Counted from the first letter of the stretch, positions 38,401-52,285 are shown. The stretch: DNA of 64,000 nucleotides from Antedon mediterranea (GCF_964355755.1 NC_092675.1:24400912-24464911); one strand, 5' to 3'. Notes: generated from the sequence alone by a model not told the origin. Translations and numbers: made by a program.

Positions 38401-41400
38401 AATAATCTTTTTAGTTTTTCCTTAGCTTCATTTAAATACACAATCCTAATGTTAAATCATGGTTCCTACTAGAGGCGGCAAACAAGAACGTAGATGCAAC
38501 ACAACTGAGTTGACCTATGGCAAGCAACAGTTCAAATAATCCTTCGCTTGTGATAGGTCAAATCACTTGCACTTACATCCTTATGCGTTGTGTCTTAAGC
38601 CTGGTTTCCATAAAATCGCTACATGACAGAGCGGTAGCGATTCTATGGAAACGCTAGAATTTATCGGGGATCTAGTACGCGAGCGCTAAATATTCTTTGG
38701 TACGCGTATACGATTCATTGCAGACACAATCGGCAAAGTTGAACATGGTTGAACTTTGCCGATTTGACTGCGATGAATCGGGGAGCCTTCCCGATTGCGT
38801 CGGCGACATCTGCGCGTGTAGCGATTTTAATGGAAACCAGGCTTCACTGGGAACTAAGCCTTAAAGTGCAGTCACTCTTATTCCTGACATAATTTAAATG
38901 CATATGATCTCAACCACGTTCTTTCATTTGGTGATTTAGTACTTTTTAGCTTATTGTAATGTTTAATATTTTATTTAATATGATTATTATTTTATTTAGT
39001 CCTCTTGTTGAAGAGAAGTTAGAACTTGAAAGAGGTGCAATGGCATTGATTGACAATGCACAAAAACAGGTATTTATTTTTTATTTATTTAGGATATTTA
39101 AATGGCATTGTATTGAGTGATAAATAATAAATAACTGATCCACTAAATGTTCTGAATTGTAATACTACATATTTTATTACACTTACTTATTTACTATTAC
39201 AATAAAAATAAGTGCAATTTCTGGTATATATTTTTTTTTCTCATATCAGGTCTCATAGGGGTCAATGTTTTCAAATCTACCCCTACCACCAAATCATGCC
39301 TCAGCCCTATAAAACATTTTTTTATTTTACAGTATATTACAAATCCAGCATCACAACAAAATATGCTCTCAGTTACACATTGATTTAATTATTTAATTTA
39401 AAGAGTGATTGTAGTAATTATATTCCTTGACGTTCCATTTCTTAAAGAAGATAGTTTAATATACAGTAATTGATTTTTTTGTGTTAAATATTGCATTGCA
39501 GACTACACTAGAGCAACTGAAAACAGAAGCCAAGTTAAAGCGTACAAAAGATAAATCAAGAGAGGCTCATGGGAAGGCTAACATGGAGCGTGCTCATATG
39601 AGAAAGGAGCTAGACTCTGTCTGGGAAGTTCTGAAAGAGATTAAGTAATCATAATAAACTTATAAATGATTTACAAAAGAAACCAATATAATAATATACT
39701 GGCTTAATTGTACCCCTTCTGACTAAACCAAGTCTATTAGTTTTATTACCACTTGTTAGTATTATTGATACCAAAATTGTGTTGTTTTTTGTTGGGGCCA
39801 TTTAGTATTCAAGATTCAATTTATTGTCATATAATATTACATACATGACATTTGTTTCCTGAGCTTAGAAACATAGTACAATACAATTTAAAACACAATA
39901 TAAAAACTTAACAGCTTTACAAATTATCTTGAAAAATGTGAAAATGCACAAATATTCAGACATCAAATTAAGTTTAATTATTTGGAAAATTACCATTCAT
40001 AAATGTATTATTATTATTATTATGCCACTTTTACCTAATTTGTATACATTTTTATTTTGTATTATGTTTTGTTGGGTCTTTCTGAGACAGGCCTTGGCCT
40101 CTAAGTCTGATCCAAATTAATGATATCTTTATTTGTTTATATTGTTTACATTGTTTAAGTTTCCATTAATTGAATAAATGTGAAATGAAATGAAAAATGT
40201 ACATTATATAGATGAAAAGTATAGAAAAAAAGAGTCTCTAAATCGGTTGGTTTTAACTTTGCATTGCCAATTTCTCAGACCAGATCTATTAAAACTTACA
40301 ATACTATCTAGTGTTGTAAGTTTTAAAAGATCTGGTAGAAATTGTCAATGTTAGTAATTTATCGTTAATTATACATACTAAATTTCAAAATTCATATTTT
40401 GTTTTGTGGGTTTGTTATTATAGAATGGAGTTAGATGAAGCTAAGGCCTTACATTTAAGCTATTCTCACAACTGTACTGACTTAAGAGATAAATTGAATG
40501 CAGACAAACAAGAGAAAATAATACTTGGTATGTTAGCTATATTATTAGATCAGAAATCTCTGATTTTGTTGGATGTAGTATTGTGATTATAGTAAAGAAC
40601 CTTTCTTATTCTTGGTTGTTTATCCAGAATTTTGTCCTGTAGCTTTTTCTACAATCCATCTAATCTATAAATTATATGTCATAAAAAAAGCAGCTGCCAT
40701 GTTTACAGAATCAGTAACTGATTGTCTTTGTAAGTAAAATTAATTTTCCAATGTGTAGCAATATGTGAAAATGGAGGCTGTCTACTCTTAGTAAAGCTTT
40801 TACTTATTTTCAAGAAAGGCCCGTTTTCACACAAACACGTCAAATTTAACGGATGTATAACAGCGTAATTTAGTGAATGAATAATGTAGTGTTTTTAATA
40901 CAGCATGGTTTCCATATTAATAGTAATTTCATTGTATTTAAAATTAAACACATTTACATTTACAGAAACAAAGAGTCAAAATGCAAAAATATCTGAAAAA
41001 ATGACAGCTAACAAGGTTAAGACAATACAAGAGAGTATAGTGAATGCTGAATATGAACACAGAAAACTGGCTGATGATAATTATGTTATCATTAATGCAA
41101 TTGATGAAACAGTGAGTATATAGTTTCTTTTTGTTATTCTCCACAATTTAGTTTTGAATGAGAACAAATAAGGTTTTAATCAGTGCTATCACAATAGCTT
41201 ACATGCAGTATAATATGGTGGTTATAATATGAATGATTAGATACAATTCCTTACAAGGCATAGTTCATACTAAAAATAATAACATTTTATTTTTACTATT
41301 TAAAGAAGAACCCAATCTGTCTTATTATGTAAATACAAGAGAAAGACCAAAATCAACATGGATGATGAAAGTTAAAAAGGAAATCAAAATTTATGTAGCC

Positions 41401-44400
41401 ACAACTCAAAACCATATCCTTCCCATAACAGAGTAAAATGGCATACAATAGTTGAAAGCATCATTGCAAGATGAGAGGCATGACTGATAAAGATAAATAC
41501 CACTGTAGCGCTCCATATATACAGTGGTGTCATGTAGGATAAACAATTATCCTCCTTCTGGCATGGAAATCACACCAATTGGTGATCTGTACCAGAAGAA
41601 GGATCGCCCAAAAAAAGATTTTTCACAATCACAACTGGTGATCCACTTTTGGGTGTGTCGAGTTGGAAATCTCAAGTGTGTTATTTAGTAGACCAACTTG
41701 ATGATCGATAAAATCGACAGCCCTATGCCTACCGCCAATAACACATTAACATTAATTCATCATTTGTTCATTGTTCAGGTGCTCATACAGTATTTTGAAA
41801 GTTTAATCTTGAAACAATCATAAACTTTAATACGCACAATGCTTTTTTTTTTCTAGAAAAAGAAAACTGAAAAAGTCACAGAGGCAAATGTGAAGATGGA
41901 AAAAACCACATTAGAGGAGTTGCGGCACATGCAACATAGATCAAAAGAACTGCTAATGGAAAATGAAGATATTAGAGAAAAGTTAAGAGGAAGGTTAGTA
42001 TAGTACAATGTATATGAAATCTAAATCTTTCAAGATTCTATGTGAGACATTTTTATCAGCCTTTATTGACATGTATATCAACGGATTTTTCACAATACAC
42101 TGAATTTTCTATGTTTTTAAATGTTCAATTCAATGTTACATTGCATTTGTGCTGGTCACTTAACTCATCCTGGTGAGATGAGTCATTTAGTTCTTTTACT
42201 AATGTTTTCCCCCTCTCTTTATATCTAGTGAAAAACAGAAAGTTTCAAATGCCAAGAATTCTGAAAGGATACGACGTGAATTTGAAAAAGTAGATGTTCA
42301 ATTAAATGTTGTAGATGAAGAGTTTGAAAAAATAAAAGTGATATATGAAGCAATGAAAAACAAACTGTCGGGTGAAGAAGACAAGGCTAGACTATCTGAA
42401 GATAGTTTTCAGGTACACTTCAAAAGATCTTGTTTTGAATCTGAAAAAAGTAAACTTTTCTGTTTTGATTTAAACTTCTTAAAACAAATATAATTTGCAC
42501 ACAATGAGTGAATCTAACTCAAAATACAAAGCCACTTCTATCTATCTATCTTACCAAAATTTGGACCAGAATCATTATAAATTGGGTTTTCCCGATTTGT
42601 GATAGTCACAAATACAACAGTTTGAAAGGTTTTAAGAAAAGCTGACCATGTCATCATTGAAGAAGAAAAAATAATGCCCAAAATAGCACATGATACATAA
42701 TCAACCAATCAAATGGCATAGATACAATGTAGTTTTTTGGGATTTTTTTCCTAACCGTTTTACTGTTTAAAGTAATATTATAAATATTTTATAATTAGGG
42801 AACATGTGATAGTTTAAGGAAACAGGTTAAAGAGGAAACTCATTCTAGAACAGTTCTGCAAGCCAGGATTGCATCTGACACAACAGATTTACAGAAGCAA
42901 CGTGTAGAAGCAAGAAAGAAGAAGGCAAAGGTGTCAAAGAAAGCCACTGAACTGCAAAATGCTGTTGCAGTATTGTTAGCAGAAGTAAAGAAACTCCGCC
43001 AAGAACATTTTGAAAAGTCACAGGTATATCAAATCTCAATGACATTTATCTTTGACTTTACTTCTACATTTTCTGCTATAAAGCTGTCTACAATATCAAA
43101 CCTTATGTTACAAAAAAGTGACGTCAATTCACTATCATATTTGGACATATTACTACCATATTTTGACACATCACACCTTTTGCCTACTGTTGATAGTGCA
43201 GAGAGAGCTTAAGAGTCTTTGGAAGTTTTTGTAGATGAATATAAGATTTATTTTTCTTTTAGGCAAATGGTAAATTACGAGCCTTGATTGACAATTCAAA
43301 AACAGAAACTGTAGACACAAATAATGATCTAAAAGGCATGATTGAAAAACTTCAACCAGAAAAGAAAAGATTAGCAGTAAGTATTATTGTGAAGATGGGT
43401 TGGGTGAATTATTTTTTTGTCAAGGGTCAATAATTATTCACATTTTGAGCAATAAGATTGAGTTACTGCTTACTTATTCATTGGCTATCAAATTTAAAAA
43501 AAAAAAAGTGCAAGGAACATGCATAATATAACATATGCAATTCTTGTACATGCAATACTATAATGCAAAATATGTTCATGTAAATGACATGCAAGTCAAT
43601 TGTAGAACTAAAAAACGTATTGTCTGTGATATACGTCATAATAGCATATTACTCTAGATGGGCATTATCTCATAGATATAAAACTATGACTATGGCAGTT
43701 CATCTCATATATCTATATAATAGATCAATTACACATGGTGCCTATAAGTAAATCTGTATTTTCTACCACAGACAGAGAATCTGAACAAAGTGAAACGTAT
43801 AGATCATATGAAGTATCGTACCGACCTCATTCATAACAAGCTAGAAGAAATGGAGCAGTCAGCCAAGTATATGAACAGAGTGATCAACACAACAGAAGAT
43901 GCTATAGAAGATTTAGCGTAGGTTTTTTTTTTGTATAAGAGCGTGTGTGTTGGACATTGCATTTCTGATCGTGAGCTCGAAAGTTTGATTTCAATGCTCA
44001 TTGAATTCACTTTACTTGCTTTTTTTTACTTTGCTAAACTCTACCAACATGTACAAATGGGTACCTGGTAAGCACAAACTGCGCGGCTTTCTATAGCTAC
44101 CAGATATGGAAGTATGTTTCAAAAAATTGAATAGGGTAATAATGTGAAGTGCTTAGAAGCGTTTTTGAAACATTTTATATCTTGTTTATAGGAGTAACAT
44201 ATGGATGTATGTAGGATACTGTTACTACTCGCATTTAAATGCTTTTATTTCAGTGAAGAGATGAATGAGGTATCAGTTCAATTAGAAACAGGTCAAAAAA
44301 TGCAGGAAGAGTTGAAGTCATCTCTTGAAGAAGTATCGCAACAGATCAATGTGCGTAAAAACCGTCATGATGATCATATGACAGAACGACGCAAAGTTTG

Positions 44401-45381
44401 GTATGATCTTGAAGTAAGCTGGTTTTTTGTATTGATTAATAATAGATTAAAATATTTTAGAAGAATATTATATAGCTATAAAAACCATTTACCCTATGAC
44501 TGGAGAGGGACCCCAACATCCATCATTGCATACATATATAAACTAGAAAACATTTTAGTATCCATATAAATATGCAATTGCTGATACAGGGATAAAACTA
44601 TTAAATTAATAATAACTGTAAATAGAATAGGCATAAGTATCAAACATCGCAGATTAATAAATTTCGCTCCTAGTGGCTTCATTTACCCAGTGTCCATAAT
44701 TAAGCCTGATTTTGGGACATTTTTGAGCCTAAATAAAAAAAAAGTTATTGTTTGCATGTTATATTACATTTTTTTAAGGTTGAGCTTTGTCAAAAGTTAA
44801 CAGAGAATAAGAAGCTTGCATCACAGTACCGTGGTAAACAACAGCGAATGTATAGCATTAAAAACAGACTGATGAATCATTTTGAAGATCGTATTAAGAT
44901 GGAATCAAGCTTGAAAGACCACAAACAGGTAATTTAGTATTATTAGTGAAAATATATTCACAAGGTGTATCCACGCAGCCTACAATGTATGATACTGAAG
45001 CCTACAGGAATATTGTGTAGTTTTTCTAGACGCTTTTCTCTCAATACTTCGCTTCACTATAATATGTATATCTTCACAATATAAATTTAAACTTTTTTTT
45101 ATCATTTGTAGTTAAATGGTTTACAAAATCGTTTGCACAACACATTGGCGCAGTACTATAAAATCCGTGGACTGTACAACGAAAATGAACTGTCTCGCTT
45201 TGAGGAGATCTCAGATGCTAATTCTAGTAGAATACTGGATCTCCAAGAAGACATGGACACATGTATCGCTACTGTCAGCAAATTCCTTTTAGATCAGGTT
45301 GATGGAACAGCAGCTAAAATGGTCACAGCTACTGCAAGGGCTGCTCTGAAAGATGACAAGCCTTCTATTCAAGCACAGTAA
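35456..45381 (+). CDS. CCDC178: Coiled-coil domain-containing protein 178-like
   Basis: Exons: 35456-35531 (first coding exon and donor tentative), 36001-36048, 36255-36500, 37336-37506, 37744-37968, 38178-38328, 39000-39069, 39502-39644, 40424-40527, 40966-41111, 41857-41993, 42229-42412, 42799-43023, 43263-43376, 43772-43917, 44254-44413, 44779-44928, 45112-45381, with compatible phases. RLESDRVDTEKAL...LPKAVQNEHEACSMDISELKWH resembles CCDC178 as I recall it. Confidence 0.8.
36551..37140 (+). mobile_element. Dispersed non-coding repeat, copy 2, in a CCDC178 intron
   Basis: Paralogous to 26912-27600. Weak inverted similarity between agacagtgagcattcccatgtt (about 36552) and aacatcccaatctcacagtct (about 37028-37048). 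Confidence 0.7.
38598..38843. mobile_element. MITE (PIF/Harbinger-like) inserted in an older MITE spanning about 38452-38863
   Basis: TIRs agcctggtttccataaaatcgctac / gtagcgattttaatggaaaccaggct; flanks tta / tca. The outer element has degenerate TIRs tcatggttcctactag / cactgggaactaagcc. Confidence 0.7.
40262..40350. repeat. Near-perfect inverted repeat (hairpin) in a CCDC178 intron
   Basis: accagatctattaaaacttacaatacta-tc-tagtgttgtaagttttaaaagatctggt, extended by cattgccaatttct / agaaattgtcaatg. Confidence 0.85.
41400..41735 (+). mobile_element. Highly decayed RTE-like LINE 3' fragment
   Basis: Broken residual motifs resembling the RTE ORF end (RPK ... DR ... ALC); many stops and frameshifts. 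Confidence 0.35.
43935..44180 (+). mobile_element. Degenerate tRNA-derived SINE
   Basis: Decayed head, core tgtacaaatgggtacctgg, and a LINE2-like tail taatgtgaagtgcttaga. Confidence 0.5.
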
Positions 45382-46285
45382 TTGTCGGAATTATCTTAAT
45401 TATTAAATAAAATTAATTTTGTAGGTTGTCAGCTTTGATAAAAGTATTTGTTGTTGGTTTTTTTTTTTATTTACGTATTTAAAATTGGCATTTCAACCAC
45501 ATATAACTTTTGAACAGGACATTAAATACTTTTTTCAGACATAAACTGTGTTATATAATAACTATTGTGCGATAAAGTGTAATACTTATTATTTCATACA
45601 GCACACTGGAGTAATTTTGTGGATTTGTCTGTGTGGATAATGATGTTTACACAGGCCCTAGATTTGAAGGGTGCTACTGGATGTAACAATTACATTTTGT
45701 CATTTTACATCCAGTATATGATTTGTCTTTCAATTTACATTGATGATGATGCTATGTTCTTCCAGATAGTAAATAAGTTTACTTATTTCTTTACTTATTG
45801 TTTGTTTTTTTTGTTGTATATCTTTATTTGCCTGAATAAATGAAATTCTCATATTTACAAAATAAAATTTGTCTTTTTTTCATTCTGTAACTTTAATTAA
45901 TCTTTTTTTAATATAGCAATAACAATGAAATAAATAACATTTCTATATACAATTGTTGTAATTTTAGTTTGATTGTATTTTGTTAAAGATAGTTAAATTA
46001 CCAATCATATTTATTTTATCAAATTGTAATAGCCCTGTTTCTATGTTTTGGAAAGGCCCATTCAGTTTCCTTCGGAATAAAGTACTATTGAATTGAATAA
46101 ATTTCAATATTATTTCCAAAATTACGTCTATTTTTCATATCATAATTACTTAAAAAAGAAGTTTACAGTAATAATATTAAATGATTTAATATGACAATAA
46201 ATGATTTAATCCTATTAACAAACATATCTACAGTACTACACACTGACATTTAAACAAATTATATACAATTTATTTTTAAATGGAA

Positions 46286-49200
46286 TTATAATAATGGACT
46301 GCCTGTTTTGCTATTTCTTTGCATGTGAACTCGTCTCATAGGATGGGCTTTGTCTACATTTGGTCTAGCAAGTGCCTCTTTTAACTTTGCCTGGTAACTT
46401 GCTTCTGCCTCTATTCCTTTAAGGTAATGTCTGTATTCCTCATCTTTCTTAACTTCTTTTTGCCGATTTATGTATTCTGCTTGTTGCAATAGGTCATTCT
46501 GATATTTCAAATTTTGTTGTCTGATATTCAACTGGTGTTCCTCTTCCAGGTGTTTGTGCTCTGTCATTGCAGCCTGCATCAATTCACGCTCCTTCTGTGC
46601 CACCTTTTGAGCTTCAGAATTTGCAATTACTAAATAAATACAATAGAAGTCGTTATCAAATTAATCTATACAAACTTATAATTAGCAAATAATATTACCG
46701 TATGTGACATGGTATCAAGGGCAAGCATTTTTTAAATGGGGGGAATCGCTAAACATATAAAGTCTGTCAAAAATAAATATCAAAAAGTAGTTTGGATCTG
46801 GATTAGACTCCAAGTAGAATCTCATGTTAAGCTTAATTCCACCCCATTATTTAGGCTACATTTAGACAATTATCTTGGAGTATAATCCCATCCTTTAACG
46901 TTCATCAAATTTCATACCCAGATCATATACGGTAAATAATCTAATATTTTTTTTAAAGTAATTATACTGTCCTGAAAGTTATTAATAAAAACAGTTACAA
47001 GATTCAACTTACAACGTTCTTGTACTTGTTTGTGTCTGACACTAAGGACGTTATCCATTAATTGTTTTCGTGCTGCTCGTTCCTTTGCCCATTGGTCTAG
47101 TCTTTTTTGCCATTGTTTACGAACTTCTTGATCAATCATTTGATCGATTGCTTTATCTCTTCTAGCTTCTTCTTTCATTTGTTGTTTTAGATAATCTCTA
47201 TAGACTCTATCTTCTTCTCTTAGCACTTGCTAAAAAAAACAAAGATACAAAAATGTTAACTACAGAAAATTGCATTAATTTGAGTCCAATTCAGCATGTA
47301 CTGCATGAGGTACTATAACATAGTGGGATTTATCCCTTACTCTCTTAAACCCCTAGTTAACAGGTTGCAGGTTCTATTAATTAGTTAGTTCAGGTTCATT
47401 TTTAATACTACCATATATAACATCAGTAAAGAAAAACATAGAATGAATTGTAACAGTAAAGTATACAAAAGACAATTCCTCCAAAAATTGTACTATATAT
47501 TTTTGTGAGAACAAAAATTGGAAATGTCACTCTCACTATGACTTAGTGTTGCCAAAATCAGAAGGAGGTACAGTAGGGCTATAATACTAATTGAGTAAAG
47601 AAGACTTCACAGGCTGTGAGAAGATCATCACCAGCAAAATATGCTAGCAATTTATTTAATGAAAGCTTTCGATGAATAAGACACAATTGTACTCACTTTC
47701 TTCTGGGCAACCTCAAGTGCTTCATTGTGTGTTTCCTGCAAAAGGTTCTCTAAGATGTTCATTTCATGCGCTAATTCCTCCTGCAATTCTCTTGCTTTAA
47801 TCTTCATTTTTAGCTTAATTGACGTATCCAAATCTTGTCTTGTTTCTGCCTGGCTCCTGTGTTTTTCTCGGACAGCCAAGTCTTCTTCAAGTTTGCGAAG
47901 TTCTCTTTCTTCGGACTATGGAGAAATAAACCTTACTGATTATATAAAATCATCAGTGTAATCGACCTTTTAGTCTATATACGATTATTTAAATTTTCTC
48001 AAAAATTTCATTATTCAATGTTGTCACCATCACAATTATGTTTCATGAGTATTACATTACTTTCATTTTAAGACTGAAAAATTTCAGTCATATACCTATT
48101 CAAATAATACAAAATACAAAATACAAAAAAAGTTATGTGCACATATTTTAACATGCAAAAAGTTGTGTTTGCTCAGACCATATAATCAAAGATACTGCAA
48201 ATGATGAATGAATGATTTAATAATATACAAATATGTTTATGAATGTATGGTACAAATAATAGCATGAGGTGAATGATAAAAGGTTATATCAGATTTTTTT
48301 TTTTCGTGCAAGTACTATTAAACAATCGTTTAATAGTGCGTACAATTGCACGCCATGTGATCCACAATCATCCAATCAAATGACAGGAATTTATATAGGT
48401 GTTATATAATATATTACACACATGTCAATCCACAAGTTAAACCCTGTCTCTGTATATAACTTACCAAAAGTCTTCCTTCTTCTTCCTTCAATTGTTTTTC
48501 CTGCTTTCTCTGTTCCTCGAGAGAAGCTCTTTGCTTCTGTAGTGTTTCCACCATCTCTTTATTCCTTTCATGTTGTTTTTGTGACTCATCTGCCTCTCTT
48601 AATGCCTTTGCCTGTCGATCCTGTTCCCAGAGGTCTGCATACATTTTATCTTCATCTCTTTTTTGCATTTGCATTTCACTCTTCATGCGAAGCTGTTCAA
48701 ATCGTTCTGTACACACCTCATCCATATGACGTCTTGAGAGTGTCGCTCTAAGTTCCTCACATTCCTCTCTTTAAAAACATAACATTGAAAGATCATTGAC
48801 ACAGTGCTTCTTGTTTAAAAAATATATCATAAGTATGCTGCAAAAAACTATCCAGTCGACTGGTTTCAATTAGTTGTTTGGAAATTTGAGAGGTTCAATT
48901 CAACAACTAAGATGACACTCCAGTGGAATTAAAACTCATCCTTACTAGCTTTTCCACAAACAATAAATCTACTGAATCGTACAACCCTGGCCTGGTGGTA
49001 TGTGTCTTTATTGGAGTTTTATTTTGATGATTTGCTAATACTAATCTAGAAAGAATTTAATTAAATAACCATAATTTATATACTGTACCTCCATCTTTGA
49101 TCAAGTTTCTCAGCAACTATTTCAAGCCTTTCATTTTCTCGTTTTTCTTTCAAAAACTTTGCTCGTGTTCTCATCTTTGCTTGTCGTTCCAACAGTGTTT

Positions 49201-52084
49201 CTTGGCTGGCTTCCATTTCAATAATGTATCCACGTTCCTCAGTAGCAAGTAGGTTTCTCAATCTAAATTATCCAGAAAAGTTTTTGAAAAGAAAAAGGAA
49301 ATGGAAGTCCAAAAAATTGTAGGTATAACTTAATCAAACCTTGGACAATAAATAAATAATCAATTGAAGAATAACGAAAAAAATCTTTATCATAATACCT
49401 TTCTCTCCTGTCTTCTAATGCAAATTCTTCCTTCTGTAACAAACAGTTAACTCGACCAGTCACTGTGTTGTTCTGAATGCGTTTGTCTGTGATTCTCTCC
49501 CAATCATTTTTCAGATCACACAGCTTGTTATATTTTGTGATTGATTCTGCCTCTTCCCTTAAATCATCTTTACGTCTTCGTTCTAAAATAAGATGATCTG
49601 TAGGCTGCTTGCTGGGATATTTTGCTCTCTAATTTAAATAATAAATGTATTTGTTACATTATTACAGAGATACAGTAGGACCTACCTAGCCTAGGCCTAT
49701 GTACTATTAGTAATAAAACTGGAAGTAGCCTAGGAGGCCTAGCCTACGCATAGGCTAGTATATATTCGTGAATGTCTTAAAAATGCTTCACACCAACCAA
49801 ACATTATGGTACTTGTTATTGTTAAGGCCTAGTTAGTCTAGTAGTACTAGGCCTAGGCCTAGCTAGGCTAGTATCAATACTAGGCCCTATTACTATTAGT
49901 ATAAATGTTATGCGCGATTTGAACGATTTGCGCAATTTGAAATTGCGCAAAAAAAATCCTTGCGCAATTTGAATTGAAACATGTGTTTCAAATTGCGCAA
50001 GCAACGTATTAAATTGCGCAAGTAATCTGCAAATTGCGCAAGGTTTTTTCGACAGATTGTGAAATCATGCACACCCATATTTTTATAGTAATTTCTAAGA
50101 ATGATTCAAAATTAAAGATAAATATCGCATTTCCTTATTTTAGTAGTGCAAATATTGTTATAAGTTAGCATACCGTCGAAGAACCGACGAAGGAAAACGA
50201 AGCGGTGGTGTTCCACCAGGCGGGCGCGGCGCGGGCGGCCGGCTATACTACTCTAGCCTAGCTAGGGTCTGGTGGACTACTGATACTGACTAGGTTACAT
50301 GGCCTAGCTTAAACTAATATTAAAAACTTAATTTTTACATTTATTTTGATTTATTTCAAGTTACAGTGATAATATTATTTAATTGTAATAATAAATGTTA
50401 TGTATTTATTATACACATGTTATCTTCGCATTTATTATGTTTTATTTTGAGTTATTTAGTTTCCAATAAATTATTATACGCCGTGGTTAGGATTCCGGCA
50501 CCGGAACTCAACTGCCCACCGTTAGGGAATCCGACACGCTATTGCGCATGTCCAGAGCTCTGGGAAGTGAATTAATTATAGCTTGCACTAATAATAGTGC
50601 CACACCACGGAGAGTCGGAGTGTTATAGGGATTTACTGTAGCCTAGATAGTCGTTGCGCGAGCGAGAGAGCGATGGATGAAACTTGGCCTATGCCATACA
50701 TGAATTAATAATTAAAATATGACTACGCGTTAAAATAATTATAATGATATTAATAAGTATCAGTATCTATCTAAGAATCGTAATGCTGTTTTTAGCGTTG
50801 TGACCCTGACTTCCCGAACAGTTTTTTCACATCCACGCGGTGGCTGCCTTCAACAAATCAACTTGTGATTGCATGTTGTATATGTAGGCCCTACAGTATA
50901 ATGCGTTATGAAAAATCAAAAAACTAGTCATGTAATTATATAATTCATAATGATATGAATTTAATATATGAATGAAGCAACCACTTTTTAATTACAAAAT
51001 AAATACTATAGGCCCACAACTGGTCACGTAGTCTAACTGGGATGCTAGTCAAGTCGCCCCATCGCAAAGTCGCCCCATACAAAGTCGCCCAATACAAAGT
51101 CGCCCCATCGCAAAGTCGCCCCAAAACAGTCGCCCCATCGCAAAGTCGCCCCATAACAAAGTCGCCCCGGCACAGTCGCCCCATCGCAAAGTCGCTCCAT
51201 CACAAAGTCGCCCCAACACAGATATGATTAAAACAGCGTACTAACTTTGTATTGGGCGACTTTGTATGGGGCGACTTTGCGATGGGGCGACTTGACTGGA
51301 TCCCGTCTAACTGGTAGCCCTAGCTTAGATTAGTGGATCCCATATTAGAAGGCCTCTAGGCTAGTTCGCCGTGTGGCGCAGCTATGAAATAATCCATCGC
51401 TGTTGATAAGTATAGAGTCGCCGATTACCTCGCTCTGGGCATGCGCAATAGCGTGTCGGAATCCCTAACGCTGGGCAGTTGAGTTCCGGTGCCGGAATCC
51501 TAACCACGGCGATTATTATAATACCGATTGTCTGGTAGAATTTTGTTGCGCTATTTGAAAATTTACAGTTCGTTTTCAAATTGCGCAAAGGTGTCATATT
51601 GCGCAAGAACTATCTTGCGCAATTTACAAATTGTGCAGCGCAATTTAAAATTGCGCAAAGATTTTCTTGCGCAATTTGAAATTGCGCAAAAAAATCCTTG
51701 CGCAATTTTAAATTGCGCAAGAATTCTTTGCGCAATTTCAAATTGCGCAAGGATTTTTTTGCGCAATTTCAAATTGCGCAAATCGTTCAAATCGCGCATA
51801 ACATAAATAATAAGTAAATACATTTTAATATCTCAATAAAACTGGAGCCTAGCTAGAGCCATACAACATCATGTCCTGGGCCTAATACCTAGGCCTGGCC
51901 TAGCCTAGTCCTACAGTATATATCCTACATGTTTTATTAACATGCATGCCTAGTAGGGCATAGTAGGCCTAACTAGGCTAGGCCTAGCTAGAGTACTAGC
52001 TAGAAGGCTACTTACGATGGCAACCGAGTGAGGCGTTGGGCCCGTAAATTCACGTGTTTTTCTGGGTTTTTGGGTGGCTAACAT
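46286..52084 (-). CDS. CFAP53: Cilia- and flagella-associated protein 53 (CCDC11)
   Basis: Exons 52084-52016, 49628-49399, 49262-49089, 48768-48465, 47915-47697, 47229-47013, 46629-46286, all GT-AG and phase-compatible. N-terminus MLATQKPRKTREFTGPTPHSVAIRAKYPSK, motifs EDRRERLRNLL and DQRWREECEELR, and a long coiled coil. Confidence 0.92.
50479..51511. mobile_element. Non-autonomous Mutator/MULE-like element, middle layer
   Basis: TIRs of about 80 bp (CGCCGTGGTTAGGATTCCGGCACCGGAACTCAACTGCCCA...) and an exact 9-bp TSD ATTATTATA at 50470-50478 and 51512-51520. Confidence 0.85.
51040..51304. mobile_element. Small MITE with AAAGTCGCCCCA repeats, inner layer
   Basis: TIRs agtcaagtcgccccatcgcaaagtcgcccc / ggggcgactttgcgatggggcgacttgact; direct repeat GTCTAACTG at 51031-51039 and 51305-51313 (TSD of 8 or 9 bp depending on the terminus chosen). 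Confidence 0.85.
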
Positions 52085-52285
52085 GGTAGTTGTTCTCTTC
52101 AAAATTGAACTGTATTAACAAAAAACAATTCAAATTCTGAATATGTATCCAAATAAAATGTTTAACAACAAGAAACCAATTTCATTCTAGGCCTACGTGC
52201 AAGAAAAACCATTTGCTGTCCCACAGTGATACAGCACACAACAACACACATCGTTTTGTGTCATCGCTTGTTGACAGTACATCAC

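Larger units (their letters stand above)
49906..51803. mobile_element. Non-autonomous DNA transposon (Ginger-like termini), outer layer of a nest
   Basis: Termini TGTTATGCGCGATTTGAACGATTTGCGCAATTTGAAATTGCGCAA ... AAATCGTTCAAATCGCGCATAACA; 4-bp direct repeat TAAA at 49902-49905 and 51804-51807; subterminal arrays of TTGCGCAA. Confidence 0.8.

Noticed and set aside
50945-51823. Repetitive ORFs (GATL.., KVAP.., AQFEI..)
   Set aside because: Translations of transposon subterminal repeats.
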